64,000 bases of DNA from Oikopleura dioica (Eukaryota; Animalia; Chordata). A program made the translations under genes and the position numbers. The notes beneath the pieces are model-generated. The model was not told the DNA's origin, did no database searches, and was given only the letters and a program-made list of their open reading frames with translations. The stretch spans positions 2,480,001-2,544,000 of the forward strand of contig OU015566.1 of the NCBI GenBank assembly GCA_907165135.1, written 5' to 3'. Shown in pieces: positions 25,501 to 37,874 of this stretch (the first letter of the stretch is position 1; every line of letters begins with the position of its first letter).

Positions 25501-28500
25501 CGAGCTCGCTCTCGATGGCGGTCACTACTACATCATGATGAAACTTGCCTTGACCGACTCTCTTGATATCCTTCGATACAGTGATTCAATGCTTGCCGAG
25601 ATTCTTGCTCAATTTATCGACACTGAGAATACTGTTTTGAGAACTCCAGATAACGAGGACGTAATGGCGATTGCCGACGACTTGGGTACAGACTTCCCGT
25701 GTCACGGCGAGGAATGCTTCCCAGAATGCCCAGCTGGTCAAGTTTGGGTCATCTGTGCTAATCAGGCTTGCTACAACACATGCGAAAGAACTATCGCTGG
25801 TGACGCTGATTTCTGTCCGGCCATCCGATGGCATAACAGACAATGCAAGGGCGCCTGCATGTGTGATGACGATCATACCTTTATTTCTGAAGATGACCGA
25901 ACATGCGTGCCAAAGGTCGACTGTAAGGAGACTCTTGCTTCTTGCGATGATACACAGGTCTTCACAGATAACTGTACTGGTGTTGTTCACACTTGTGACA
26001 CACTTACCTGGCAGCTTCCTCCACTTGACTTTGATTGCGACTACGGATGTAAATGCGAAGAGGGACTTGTTTTCAGCAATGGAACTGGCTCCACTTGTGT
26101 TGATCCAAAAGATTGCGACATCCCAGAATGTGGTGTCAACGAGGAATTTTCGATGTGCGCTGATAGCTGCTACCCTCTCTGTCAGGACGATGAGCCAATT
26201 TGCGATGAAACATGTGTTTCCGGATGCAAATGTCTTGACGGCTATGTTCGAAGTTCAGAAGCACCTGATGCTGAGTGTGTGAGAGTTCATGATTGTCATG
26301 ATTACAATACTGTTGAATGCGCGGCTAATGAAATCGCTACCGAATGCTTCAACGATGGTTTCGAGACTTGCGAGTCCGTTCGACTTGGTCAAACCAGACT
26401 TCAAACCGGTGAATGGTGCACTGGCGGGTGCACATGCGAAGAGGGCTCTGTCCGATTGAACGCTGATATCCAGAGCCCTTGCGTCCCCCGACAAGATTGC
26501 TTCAACGTGTACACTACCTGGGAGAAATCAGATCTTTTCTATATCTTCGACAAGGCCCCACCAAGCTTTGACATTGAGAATCCCTACACTTGGAGAGATC
26601 TCATGTTTAAACTTCGAAACAGCGAGAACTTTGCCAACATCAGCGTCATCGACATCCGTGCCAAGGACTACTCCTACTTTGACGATAATAACAACTTCAT
26701 CACTACAGAAATCTATATCACTCAACTCCATTTGGTCGCTGAAGAAATAGGATCTTCTATTTACAGTTTTATCTCTGATGCAGAAGATGTCGGATTTAGC
26801 GGCTACGATTTCATTATGGAATGGGATCGGGACTTTGAGGATATCGTCGAGGAGAATGACTTTGAGTTGCCATGCTACAACCGCGGCTGCGACATTGAAA
26901 ATCTCGGATGCAATGAAAAGTATGAAGAAGTTGGTTGCCCAGATGACGTTGGACCTAGCTGTAATGACTCTTACAGTGAAATCTACGCTGAGCGAGACGA
27001 AACCTGGAACGAACTCGTTGGTGCCCGAACTCTTAATATGGATTGCGCTGATAAGGATCTCCAGTGTGTTTGCAAACCTGGCTACTACCGAGAGAATGAC
27101 GATCCATTTGCACGATGCGTCAAGCTTTCCAAGTGTATGGGTGGATGTCCTCGACACGCCAAATTTGTCGACGATATGGATTATTGCGTTCCAACTTGCG
27201 ATGATCCAGACGGATCGAAGTGCATTGCGGAAGCAACTCAGGCTATTCCAAATTTCGAAGACGTTTCTGACCAGCTTCAGATCCCAGGTTGTGAATGCAG
27301 AAAGGGATTCCTCAAGAAGGACCGGAGCCCATTTGCTGAATGCGTCGAAGAGGGAGAGTGCGTTCGAGTTGAGCCAGAATGTGGCCCCAACTCTTCATGG
27401 AGTTGGGAAGCACCTGGCTGTTTCGAGAGCTGCAAGCATCCTTATGCATTCGATGCTGATGAAAAATGCCACGAGAGAACTTTGGAAATGTGCGTTTGCG
27501 ATCCTGGTTATGTCAAAGAAAAGAGAAACAAGAAATCTGAGTGCATTCCTATCGCTGATTGTTTCAATTGCAAAGAGACAGAAGTTTTCAAGGATTGCAA
27601 GGATACCTGCTTCTATGACTGCAACACATTGACCTACGGCAAAGAGAAGCTCTGTATGGAAGAGGACACCTGTCGACCAGGTTGCCAGTGCGCACTGGGT
27701 TATGTGTACAGATGGGGTAAGAGAGTCCTTGAAGGCAAGAAAGGAAGATGCGTTGCGATCTCTGAATGTCCAGTTCCAAAGACTGAAGCTGTCAATTTCG
27801 TCAATCAGCAGAACACTCTTCCTGACACCGTCGACATTAGCGATCCATCTACTTGGGACGAGCTTTTGGATGGATATGACATCGAAGGACTCGATATTCT
27901 TGAAATCAAGGAAGTTTCTGCTGCTTCTGGTTTGAGCCTCGAGAATTACGGTCGATACATCATGGCTTCAAGAAAAGAAGTTGCTCGATCGGTAACTTAC
28001 ATGATCGTCCTCCAGGCTGTCGTTGAGACAGAAGATAACGCTGAAGATCCAGTTGAAGACAAAGCTGCTGAAATTCAAGCACAAATGGAGGCCTACGCTG
28101 CTGCTTCTGGTTCTGAAGTTATCGACTCCGCTGACGCTGGATACGACGAACTCATTGAAGCTCTCGACGTTACTGTTCCTGACGCACCGCAGCCAACAGC
28201 GCCACCAACGCCAACCCGATGCGTTGGAAACCAGACTTATGACGAAAACTTCGAAGGAGAATTCATTTGGCCAGGCATGTACATCAACCGAGTCAACAAA
28301 GGTCGAGGTAATGCCACTCATGAGTACTGGCACGAAGCTTTCAACGGAGAAGTCTACCACGACGAGGGTGATCAGATTCGAATGGCATGCAAAAAGGGCT
28401 ACAGAAACTCGATTGGAAAGCCATTCGTTGGAGCCAAATGTGTCTGTGCTGTCAATTCTTGCGATTGGGTTCTTGCAAAACCAATGAGGTAAATAACGTG

Positions 28501-29167
28501 AATTTTACATGTTTTTCATTCAATTCTTTAGATGCGTCTCATCTGAAGATGCTGGTATGCCAGTCTGGTCCGGAAACAAATTCAATCAAGTCCGAGAAGT
28601 TGAAAATGGCTATATCAAGATGAAGGCAAGAGGTCTTTCCTTGCTTGCTTCAAAGAACTGGACTGATAACGGAAACATTGATTACGATGCTCATCCAGAG
28701 TATGAAGATCGAGCGTACTGGGAGAATGCTAACTTCACATTGTTTGTCTATTGCCCGTTCAATGTCAAACTCGGCGGCTCATCTAAAGGTTAAAAAAAAC
28801 AAAAATCAAAAATTCAAATGAAAATTTTTAAGGCCTCGGAACAATGACCTTCCCTGATTTCTACCCAGCCGAGAGCTCCGAAGACGGCCGTCTCTGGTCC
28901 TTCCTCTCTCGTCCTGGAGTTCATCTGATCAAGACGACAAAGCCAGATCCTAAGAAGTCCGTGTACTTCAAGGGCTTCATCGACCGATCTGACGACGTCA
29001 ACGAGCAGGGCGAGTCAGCCACCTTTACAACCGGCAAAGACAAACCAACATGCGAGACTGGTATTTTGCCCGGCCATCACCCATTCGCCATCACCAAGCT
29101 CGTCGAAGAATATGATATCTTCGAAGGTGGCGATTTCACCCAACTCGACAAGTACACGAGAAAGTAA
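13598..29167 (+). CDS. Giant secreted fibrillin-like / oikosin-like matrix protein (~5,146 aa): ~59 cbEGF-like repeats, ~15 TIL-like domains, several Cys-free SEA-like domains, C-terminal sushi-like module and unique tail
   Basis: Exons 13598-13744 (signal peptide MLLRFLLVGLLAHQTIA), 13787-28488, 28532-28788 and 28833-29167, joined by GT-AG introns of 42, 43 and 44 nt, total 15,441 nt in frame. Domain counts are my manual counts of D[IV][DN]EC and TIL motifs. Confidence 0.95.
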
Positions 29168-29304
29168 ATTTTATTCATTTCACCATAAATCATAAAAAAA
29201 CATTTCGATTCTAAATTGTCCAAATACCTGTCCAAATAGTTCAAAAATCTCCCTGTCCAAATAAATTCAATTCGGCCTATTCATGAGTCAGTTTTTCAAT
29301 TTTA

Positions 29305-29679
29305 TTAAATTAGTGAAATTACATGTGCTGCAATTATACAGAGATGGGTTGTTTTTCTGGGGGTTCTCTTCTGTGAGGTCGATAATACTAGAAATTTAAG
29401 CCTTGAAGCCATTGAAGCCTTGTCAAAACTGCTTACCTTGACACTCATAGATTCTGATCTGACAATTCCAAGTGAACTTTCTCGCTTTTTACCACCATTT
29501 TCGGAGTTTTTCCTTCCACTTCTACAAATCAGGCAGCAAATTATCCCACTAAGAATGATCACCAAGCCCAATAAACCGCAAATTATCCAGAAAAGAACTT
29601 CCCTACTGACCCATTCCGGCGCGATGGAGTCAAAAAACTCGTTTTCCTGGATTTCCTCTTCGCTTAAAGTTTCATTCAT
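29305..29679 (-). CDS. Small single-pass membrane protein with juxtamembrane Cys cluster, unknown function
   Basis: MNETLSEEEI..., then TM VLFWIICGLLGLVIILSGIICCLIC, then basic RSGRK. The 3' end may be spliced. Confidence 0.55.
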   Translation of the reverse strand: MNETLSEEEIQENEFFDSIAPEWVSREVLFWIICGLLGLVIILSGIICCLICRSGRKNSENGGKKRESSLGIVRSESMSVKVSSFDKASMASRLKFLVLSTSQKRTPRKTTHLCIIAAHVISLI

Positions 29680-29858
29680 ATTTTGTGTAAAAAGCGAGAC
29701 TTTGGAAAAATATTTGGCTGAGCATGACGAGCTGGTTAAACAAGAGTGAGTCAAAAGGGAAGAGCGTCTGTTTTTGGGCCCTGGCCTTTTGTTTATTTTT
29801 TCATGTTTTTATTCGATTATAAGTTCAATAAAGTTATAAAAAGATATGTATAAATAGC

Positions 29859-32800
29859 TTATTGGAATCTGTGATCTTGTTGAGCTTCTGGCAGACTTGA
29901 TCTCGCTTCATGTTTATCCTCTTAAAGTGAAATTAATTTTTTCATTTTAATTATTTCAATTACGATATGCATATCCATGCAGACTTCTTCCTTGGTCAGT
30001 GCACGATTTTCGTTGAAGTTCCTTCAGTCGGTGATCCAGCTCTTTTTCTTCTTTATCCAGAGCTAGAATCAGCAACAGTTATAAAGCGTATACGATTAAA
30101 ACTAACCTTCGACGCGTTGCTTTATTGATAGCATGCGATGTTCCAGTTCTAGAGCATTCGCTTGACCAATCGGCTGGAGTGTAACAGGAGCGACACCAGC
30201 TGGTGGTTCCGGAAGACGGCGTCGGGAATCGGGACGTTGGAGAACATGAAATTGTGGCTTTTTAAGATGATGATATATTTGATAATAAATGGGTTTCTAT
30301 TTTTGATTTTGATCTTTTCCTGCAAGTTGGGATTGTGTACTGGAGGGTGGTTATTTTGAGGGTTGAGCGGGGAGGAATAATAAGTAACATGTGCTGGCGG
30401 TGGTGGATGCGATGGGTAAGAGATCGGATAAGGCTGAGGAATTGGAATCATTTGTGGGATAACTTGGGGCTGGATTATCGGCTGAAATACTGGCTGAGAT
30501 TGCTGAAATGGAGAATGACAGATTTGAGCAGAATTAGAGCCTTACTTGAAATGGCTGTTGTTGCTGAGCGTTTTGCTGCGGAAAACTCGGTGACATTTGA
30601 GGTTGGTCGTATCTTACATTGAAATTGATTAAAAATAAAACAGAAATTGTTACCTGTGATTTTGAATCGGACTTGGATCTCTTGAAATATTGACAAGTTC
30701 CCTCACTTCCTGAACAAGATCTCGGACACAATTGCTCAGCTCCTCAGTCGCCTCATTATCAGAATAAACGGATGATCTACGAGAAACGCGCGAATTCGAA
30801 CTTGAACGGGACCGATTCGAGCGCGCTGAAAAATGTCGTCCTCGTTGTCGCCGAGGAACGCTCTCGCCTTGAGCTCGATTTATTTGAAGCGCTTGTGGCT
30901 CGGCTACTCGCGGCTGAGAAACCATCGGTTGCTGCGATTGGCCGGACAACATTTGCACTTGAATTGCTTGATCGATTCCGTACGAGCGGTAAGTCTGCGT
31001 TGCTTCCGAAAATCGCTGAGCCTGGACTTGTGTGAAACTCGATCGCGAAACCGGCTGGACTTGGATCGCGATACTTGATCTCGCAACTGCTCCGATTTTG
31101 TTCAAATTACTTCGCGAGCTTGAATACTCAGAGTCTTTTTCCATCGCTCCTTTTCCGCAAAATAGGCATTTCGAAAGCGTGCCAGTCAGGGAATCTCGTT
31201 TGATTGGAGTATCTGGGTCAGCAGCGCCACCTCGTTTTGTTATCGCCATGCTTGAAGGGTCAATGACTGTCAGGTCCTTTTTTCGAGAAGACGATCGTTT
31301 CATGGATCCGTATGAACTATCCACTGCCTGAGCATTGATTAGTAAGAGTATGTGATGCGGAAAACTACTTTAAATAAATAACCACTTTCACTTTAAAAAT
31401 AAATGCTTGACAAACCTTGAGTGCTTCAAATGAAGTTGTCCTTTTCATCACCATTGAGGAGGAGGTCGTCGCTCTCTGGGCCACTTTGTCCAAGGCATCA
31501 GCGCTTCCTCCTAACGGTTGGGACTCAGTTTTCCTCAGCGATTCGTGACTGGCGACATTGATTGGTTTAGCCTCGTCGTCGGATTTTCGCCGTCCAAACT
31601 GGTCGTATTTCTTTGACACAGGAACGTCGAACTGCGACTTTGGCAGAGTATGACTCAGAGGAAGAGGCCCACTGTAAGTTGCTTTTGTTGACAAAGTCGA
31701 TGAAGAAGACATTCCGAAGTTCTCGAAATCCCCTTCTCCATCGTCCTCGAAATCAAAGTGCCGGAATGCGTTTCTAGAGCTGGGCAAAGAATCGTCATTC
31801 TCATTGAACTGCCTCGCCATCTCGAGAACGCTCATATTCTCGCCAATTTTTGGACTCTCGAGCTTTTTCATCGGCTCGGGAAAATCACAAAATTCGCGTT
31901 TTCGCAGCGCAAGATCTTCGTCACAGCCGAGGGATGAATCAGAACTGTCGAATTCTAAATAGTTGGGCGGGAAAACCGGCTGGTTGGAAATTCTCGAATT
32001 AAATTTGTTCAATTGAGCTTCTTTGTGGTCTTTGAGGGAGCCTGTTTCAGCGGGACCGAGTTTTTGAGGCCCAGAATTGGATTTCATTCTCTGATTTTCG
32101 GTTTGCTTCATTTTCTCGATTTCTGATACGATTGACAATGCCTCTGCTTTCTTGTCAATATTCTTCTCCGTCAGATTATCGGCGCTGCTATCAATTTTCA
32201 CAGGATTTTGCTCCGTAGACTTGCTGCTCTGAACTGAAGGTGGCTGGGTATCGAATATGCTCTTTGGCCCTGGAGAAGGTGAAGAGAGCTGACTTGACTT
32301 TGGAACAATTGATTTTGCTTTACGCGGCGACAAGTCGTAATTCGGCGGCTTGATCTTCTCATCTATCTTCAAATTCCCAGGGGGACCAACCGGAGCTTGA
32401 GAATCTGCCATGTTCGAACTTACTGAGGCGGATTTTCTCGGCATCAAGTCGAATGTAGGAAGACTGCTTTGCTCGAATAGTGACGATGACGAGATTTGCT
32501 TTGAAGGTTCTTTTGGTGGTTGTTTTTGAGCTCGATTTTGAGGTCGGTTTTGGGGAGCTTGAGTCTTTGGAGGCGGATTAGCTGGAATCGGGTCGCTTCC
32601 AAAAATACTGCTAAAGATCGATTTTGGTTGGGGCTCCGGCGGTTTCTGAACAGTTCGATTCTGAGGCTGCTGTTGTTGTCCTCCTCGCTGCGGTTGCTGG
32701 CGTGGTGCTGGTTGTTGACTCGCTGGAGGACGTTGTTGAGGAGGCTGATTTCGCTGATTAGGCTGTTGAGACTGCTGGCTAGCTTTTGGCTGAGGTGGTT

Positions 32801-34234
32801 GGGAACTTGTTCTTTGACTGTCTTTTTGATTTTGTTGTGGCCTACTTGCAACTTGTGATCGCGGCTGAGGAGGCCCAGCAATGCTTCCCGAACTCGGTTG
32901 CCTCTTAAAAATGCTCGGTGGTTGAGGTGAGTTCGACGGTGCGGGTTGAGGGTTCTGCGGTTTTGTGGCGGGTTGACTAGTTGTCTCCTTCTTCAACTCA
33001 CTTTGTTGCTGGTTTACTTTACTCGTGGTCGCGGGAGGCTGCCCTTGAGAATGCGGATCAGCCGGTTTGCTCGGATTTTCGTTCGTCTTGTCAATCGAGC
33101 GCCCTCGGGGGAGTGGCTTAGGCTTTTGCAGGGATGCTTGTTGACCCGGTAGTCCTGGATTAGGCGGACGAGGATTTGGGCTTGGATTTGTCGGTTTCAA
33201 ATTTTGCGGATTTCCAGGAGGAGTTCTAGCGTTGTTCATTCCGTGAAGACTATTTGTCCGTCTCTGAGTCGATGGAAAATCTTGATCCGTCTTCATCTTC
33301 GGAACGTCGCTTTGCGAGCTCTTCATTTGCCCCGGCTTCTTGATCCATTCATTCGACTGAGCGACCAAATCGTTTCGTTTTAGGCAAAGATTGCAGATTT
33401 TCTTTCCATTGGAGATTTTCGCGCACTTCGGGCAGATCGAGTCTGGACAGGAGGCACATCGGGTATTTGAGGGTAAGCCGCATTGGCATTTGTTTACCTA
33501 AGAATTAAGGGTAAGTTCTGAGAATTGGATTGAGCTTTTAGATCGAGTACTAATGTATGCATTCAGTCTACTCTTATTTCAAGCAGCTGAAAAGGAGGAA
33601 AGAAGGAGTGAATAAATAATTAAATTGAAATATTTAAAACCGATTCAATTATGCACGGCATTCTGCGTACGTTATTTGGCTTGTTGTCGGCGCTTTTTAT
33701 CTTTTCCTTCGATGCGATTTCTTCTTCCAGCTCTCTGAAAAAAACACTGTCAGAAATGTTCATTTCGAAAGAGGGGGAGTTATGTTCTTCGTAGTCGTGG
33801 TTAAACGCACCGTTGTGGGTACCTGATCTTTTCTTCTCTATCTTGATCCACTTGAGTCGCTCTCATCGTGACAGACATGATAATCTTGAATACAAGATAT
33901 CATGAGGTGAATTAAATGAGTTCATAAATATAATCTGACAAGTGCTTTTTCCACAATGATTTGTTAGTAGAACTTTGAAAAATAAGGGTGTCACTATGAT
34001 ATTTTTTCAAAATAAATTTCTTCTCAAATGAAGATTTCTTGACGTCACGTGGCTTTAAATAAGTACATTTAAATTTCAATAAATAATTAAAAATTTCCCT
34101 TGGAGTACACAAAGATTAAGATTGACAAAGAAATTGCGTGAATATTGCAACAACAATCAAACCTGTCTTTCTTCTTCCGTCAAATGGCTCAAATCAACGC
34201 CGGAAAGGGCGGAATCTTCTTCTGGCGGTCTCAT
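29859..34234 (-). CDS. RIM/Piccolo/Bassoon-like scaffold: Rab-effector-type N-terminal helix, Zn finger, long P/Q/S-rich region, C-terminal coiled coil; apparent 1-nt frameshift near 33400
   Basis: Spliced N-terminus DLSHLTEEERQ|IIMSV; Zn finger CQC...CASC...ICPKC...ICNLCLKRNDLVAQSNEW; 667-aa P/Q-rich ORF; RRRLPEPP followed by VEALDKEEKELDHRLKEL. Family assignment is from remembered motifs. Confidence 0.65.
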
Positions 34235-34999
34235 CCCCAAAATAAAATATTTCAATATCTCTAATGCAACGAGAAAAAAAGGCGAATCGACACCCCCGTC
34301 CGGGAAAAAAAACGACGCGCCTTGTAAATAAGTGAGAGTATTGATTGCAGTAGGCACTAATGCCCAAGAGGATTCGATACATTTTGTCTAACGCGTTCAC
34401 ATTATTTTTATTTCGCTCGCCAAATGCACTTATCGAAGATGAGCGCGGAATGAAATTAATAACTACTGATCAATATTGGTAATTTGTCACAAGATCCCAA
34501 AAAATATCGGAAATTGAAAACGCCATCTTCCAAAAAAATGTGCGTAAAATCGCGATTCCGGTTGCGACAGATTTTAGGGAAAAGGCTGACAGTTTTCATT
34601 TTCTAATCGAAAAGCAGTGTCATTATCGGACGCATTTGTAAAATTGGCTGCTGTTCCGGTTTCACCCAGGCTTTGCGTCACTCAACCACAACGTGACATG
34701 ATTCTGGTCCTATAATGCGTCTCCTAATGACTTTTTGTGGCGCCAGAGGATTTTTCATGATGAACAAAGAGAAATCCTGGGAATGATTCAAGAAGTTCAT
34801 TTCAAATTTTGTTCGAGCCGATGATGAATTGGTCGACTTTATTGATATTTTTTACCTTCAGTTGTATACAAGCCTCGGAATACAGAGAGATAAAGAAGGC
34901 GATACAGGAAAGAGAAAATAAATTGACAGATTTCTACTAAACTCGTTTCTTATCAACAGAAATGAATTCATGATAAACACAATTTTTTACTAAAAAAAG

Positions 35000-36057
35000 C
35001 CCTCCTCTTTCCTTGACGACGTCCCAGACTGGTTCTCCTCCGATCCTTATCCAGAACTGCACTTTGATTATGCCAAGTTGAGAAGCTCAAGAAAACGTCT
35101 TCTTCAACCGCGATCTTGGGGACGAAACGGCACAAGAACGCTCCCAATAAGAAGATGCCCAAAACTGTCTGTAGAAGGGCCTCATGAAGCGATTGCATGT
35201 GATAAAAGTAGCTGCGTAAAATTATGCGCGCCCAAGTTTCAACCTGTTGGAAAAAGAGTCAAGGTTCGTTGGAAAAATTATGCGATAAAAAGATGAATTT
35301 TCAGACGAGTTGCTTGAAATCAAAGCACCTCAAGCCACACTGGTCGCATCCTCTTACAAACTGCGCCACTTGTGACCAATTTGAGCTTCAAAATCCGAAT
35401 TTGAATCTCTTTTGTGATGTCGATCCTGAAACCAACCAGCATGTTTGCTCACTATCCTGCTTTCAAGGGTCTTTGAAGCGGGTAGAAGCAAGGGAAATTA
35501 AATGCAAATGTGAAAGCGAAAAATGCCAGTGGAAAGATCAGAGGGGCAATGTCTTTGGAAGCGAAAATACAAAAGGTAGAAAATGTCCTTACTTCAAAAG
35601 GGAATTTGTTCTTTCTAGATATTTGCGCTCCGAATTCGATGAGAAAAACGAAGTGCTTGGAATCAAGGAAGAAGTGCTACAGCCTCCCAGATGATAACTT
35701 CGAACGCTTGTATTCAATTTCAAACTCTCTCACTTGCCCGAACTGCATCAGGTTGGCCTTCATCATCCTTAGTTTCTTCAATTCTTTTGAAGGCTTTCCG
35801 CTGATTTGAAGCTACGGACTTCAAACAGAAATCACGCTGATGGAGACTTCTCGCTTTCCTTTCCGGATCAAAATCTTGTTAAAATAATAAGATACAATTC
35901 AGCAAACATAAAAGACCTCAAGCTAGAATCGGGCAATAACCTTTCAGGGAGAATACGAAGTGACCCCGCGCGGGGTCGATTAAGAATCGAAGCTATTTTG
36001 GAATTGGAGAAAAAAGCTCGTATTGAAAGAATCTCTGCAACAATTTGTACATGTTAA
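35000..36057 (+). CDS. Putative secreted Cys-rich protein with sushi-like modules (5' end not resolved)
   Basis: Spliced reading CPKL...CDKSSCVKLCAPKFQPVG...WSHPLTNCATC...CKCESEKCQW has the same Cys spacing as the N-terminus of the convergent protease. Confidence 0.55.
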
Positions 36058-36110
36058 TCAAAGTGACCTCTATTTTAATAAATTTCAAAAATCTTTAATC
36101 TATAATTACT

Positions 36111-37853
36111 TCAAAAAGGTGGAGCAGAGGACTCATTCTCTTCTATGATCTCTTCAATCCAATCGAGAGCAAAATGAACATTTGAGTAGATTCCCGGATA
36201 ACCAGGCGCAGCACATTTGAATCCTCGTGACACGACTCCGAGAAGAGTCGCCGTTCCATTTATCGGACAGATCAGTGGTCCACCAGAATCACCTTAAAAA
36301 TCAAAAATTGCGAAAATGAAAGGTGCCAAACCTTGGCAAGAATCGACTCCGCCATCAACGAGACCATCATCGTTCTCGTCAAGAGCATTTCCAGCGCAGA
36401 TGTCGTCCGGAAAAAGATTTCCATCACCATGGTCGTCCTGAGTTTTTGCCTTGCAGTAGTCCTGGTTCATCGCATGAACACCGATAGATTGGAGGTCGTA
36501 AGCGAGCTCGCCTCCGTAGTCAAGAGTTCCCCACCCGGCGACCCAGCAGTTTTCTCCGTCTTTTGAAAAATAAAAAAATAGAATCAATGAAAGGACTTTT
36601 ACGAGGAATATCAGCTGAGGCGGGAAAGCAAGGGAACTGAACCTTCATTGTTGTTTCATGGGTGCTAATTGGCGAATCAAGCTTCACGAAGATTCAATAC
36701 ATGAAATGACTTGATTATTTCTTGAAATCAAGGAAGAGAAAATTTTTATTTTAATCTTTTCCTTGAGCAAGCAGAAATCCATATTTGGCTTTCCATTTTC
36801 AGGATCGTATTCCGGATGATTGAAGATTCGAGCAATGGGAATTTCAAATGATCCTTCAGGATAAGAATAGTCATGGTTGAAGAAAGATGCGGTAATTGTC
36901 CTCTGAGAAGCAAAAATAATTGATGTTATTAACTTATTAAGTTTTAAATCCACCTGAAAACCATCACCATGAGCGCAACAATGGGCGGCTGTCAGAATCC
37001 ATTGATCGTTGATGGCACTTCCGCCGCAGAGGTGTCCACTGTAGAGGTCCAAATTGGCGATCCAGGACCAGTCGGAGATATTTGCTGATGCTCCGTTGAC
37101 GATTCGCTCTAAAGAAATCAAGATCGAGACTCAACTCTTAGGGTGAGGGTCTGACTAACCGTCAATTGAGAACCCATTTTCTGCCGAGGAGCAGGTCTTT
37201 AGATTCGGGTCAATATGATTCTTGAGCTCTTTGAAATCTGTATCTGCCCAAGTCGCGTTTCCATTCACATCTGTAGTCGTCGACATGGCTGTCGTCGAAG
37301 TCTGCGGCATACAGAACCAAGTAGAAACTTCTCTCGGAAGAACATATCGCCCAACCGCCCAGGAAAAGTACCGACATCGTTTTCTATTGCATCGGCATGT
37401 TGCAGAAATCTGATCAATTTCCAGCGGCGGAATGTCAGTTAGAATCGCAATGTTTGCATTGTCTTCGCATTTGAACGACACATGCTTGAGACCTTTTGGA
37501 TTAACACCGTATACGACTTTCAAGTCTTCCGGCAACCTTGATTCAGGGAAATCAGGACACGTGATGCATTTCCCGATCTTTTTACTCCAAAAGAATTCGC
37601 CATCATCTCCAACTCGGCAGCCTACAGACTTTCTTCCCTTGATAGTGTAACCCTTATCGCAAGTCAGTTTGCAAGATCGACCCTTGCAGTTCAAATTCAT
37701 TCCCTCCAGCTCCTCTTGAAACAAATTGTTCGCTTCGAATGTCAATCAATAGTTTTTCTTACCGATAGCCGGGCAATTTTTCCAGTTGACCCATGATCCT
37801 GGAGGTCTTGGAGCCTGACCTCGTACAGTTGCTGCTACGATTGAAGGAGCAAG
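36111..37853 (-). CDS. Trypsin-like S1A serine protease with N-terminal sushi-like modules (first exon not located)
   Basis: RIVNG activation site, LCGGSAI, TAAHC, DFCLLKLDSP, CWVAGWG, DSCQGDSGGP, GYPGIYS; stop at 36111-36113. Confidence 0.93.
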
Positions 37854-37874
37854 CTAAATTGATGATGATAAATA

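Noticed and set aside
14063-28487. Dozens of overlapping alternative-frame and antisense ORFs inside the giant gene (e.g. 14648-15991, 447 aa)
   Set aside because: These are shadows of repetitive Cys/Asp/Gly codon usage; they carry no motifs and are fully explained by the main frame.
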